Origin: Chiloscyllium plagiosum
Taxonomy: Eukaryota
Assembly (NCBI RefSeq): GCF_004010195.1
Contig: NC_057752.1
Location: 13,840,011 to 13,873,956 of the forward strand
Reading direction: 5' to 3'
Length of the DNA: 33,946 bases
The notes beneath the pieces are model-generated. The model saw nothing but the letters and a program-made list of their open reading frames with translations. It was not told the DNA's origin and made no database searches. Positions 33,735-33,946 of this stretch are shown in pieces. The position numbers and the translations under genes were made by a program. Each line of letters begins with the position of its first letter. The stretch's first letter is position 1.

Positions 33735-33946
33735 TCCAAGAGATCAATTGTGTTAGGGGATTCTGTAGTCCAAGGTACAGACAGATGTTTCTGTGGCCGG
33801 CAGAGAAAAAGCAGAATGGTGTGTTGTTTCCCTGGTGCCAGGATCAAGGATATCTGAGGGTGCAGAATGTTCTCACGGGGGAGAGGGGCCAGCAGGAGGT
33901 CATTGTTCACATTGGAACCAATGACATAGGAAGGGAAAGGTTGAGA
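33735..33946 (+). mobile_element. CR1 LINE ORF1 fragment (SGNH/esterase domain), runs off the window
   Basis: IVLGDSVVQGTDRCFCG..MVCCFPGARIKDI*..EVIVHIGTNDIG: GDS and GTND blocks. Confidence 0.85.

Overview
Eukaryotic, repeat-dominated genomic DNA, most likely from a cartilaginous fish (shark). This is inferred from multiple HE1-type SINEs and their partner CR1/HER1 LINEs. There are two assembly gaps (13758-14173, 23466-23496). Contents: (i) a decayed Ty3/Gypsy LTR retrotransposon on the minus strand (~1000-4890); (ii) many decayed CR1 LINE pieces and tRNA-derived SINEs; (iii) about ten Penelope-like element (PLE) fragments, several forming short fold-back insertions with 10-18 bp target-site duplications and carrying minimal type I hammerhead-ribozyme cores (CTGA[TA]GA-stem-GAAA), including a perfect 86-bp-arm palindrome at 28599-28771; (iv) a CpG-rich putative promoter/first-exon region at ~14700-15900; (v) one clear host coding exon on the minus strand (19146-19379) encoding the complete 10-cysteine ectodomain of an ALK1/ALK2-type TGF-beta-family type I receptor, apparently ending at a non-canonical GC splice donor. 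I could not find transmembrane or kinase exons of this receptor in the window. Most ORFs in the six-frame track are repeat-derived or spurious. Repeat boundaries are approximate unless defined by a TSD.
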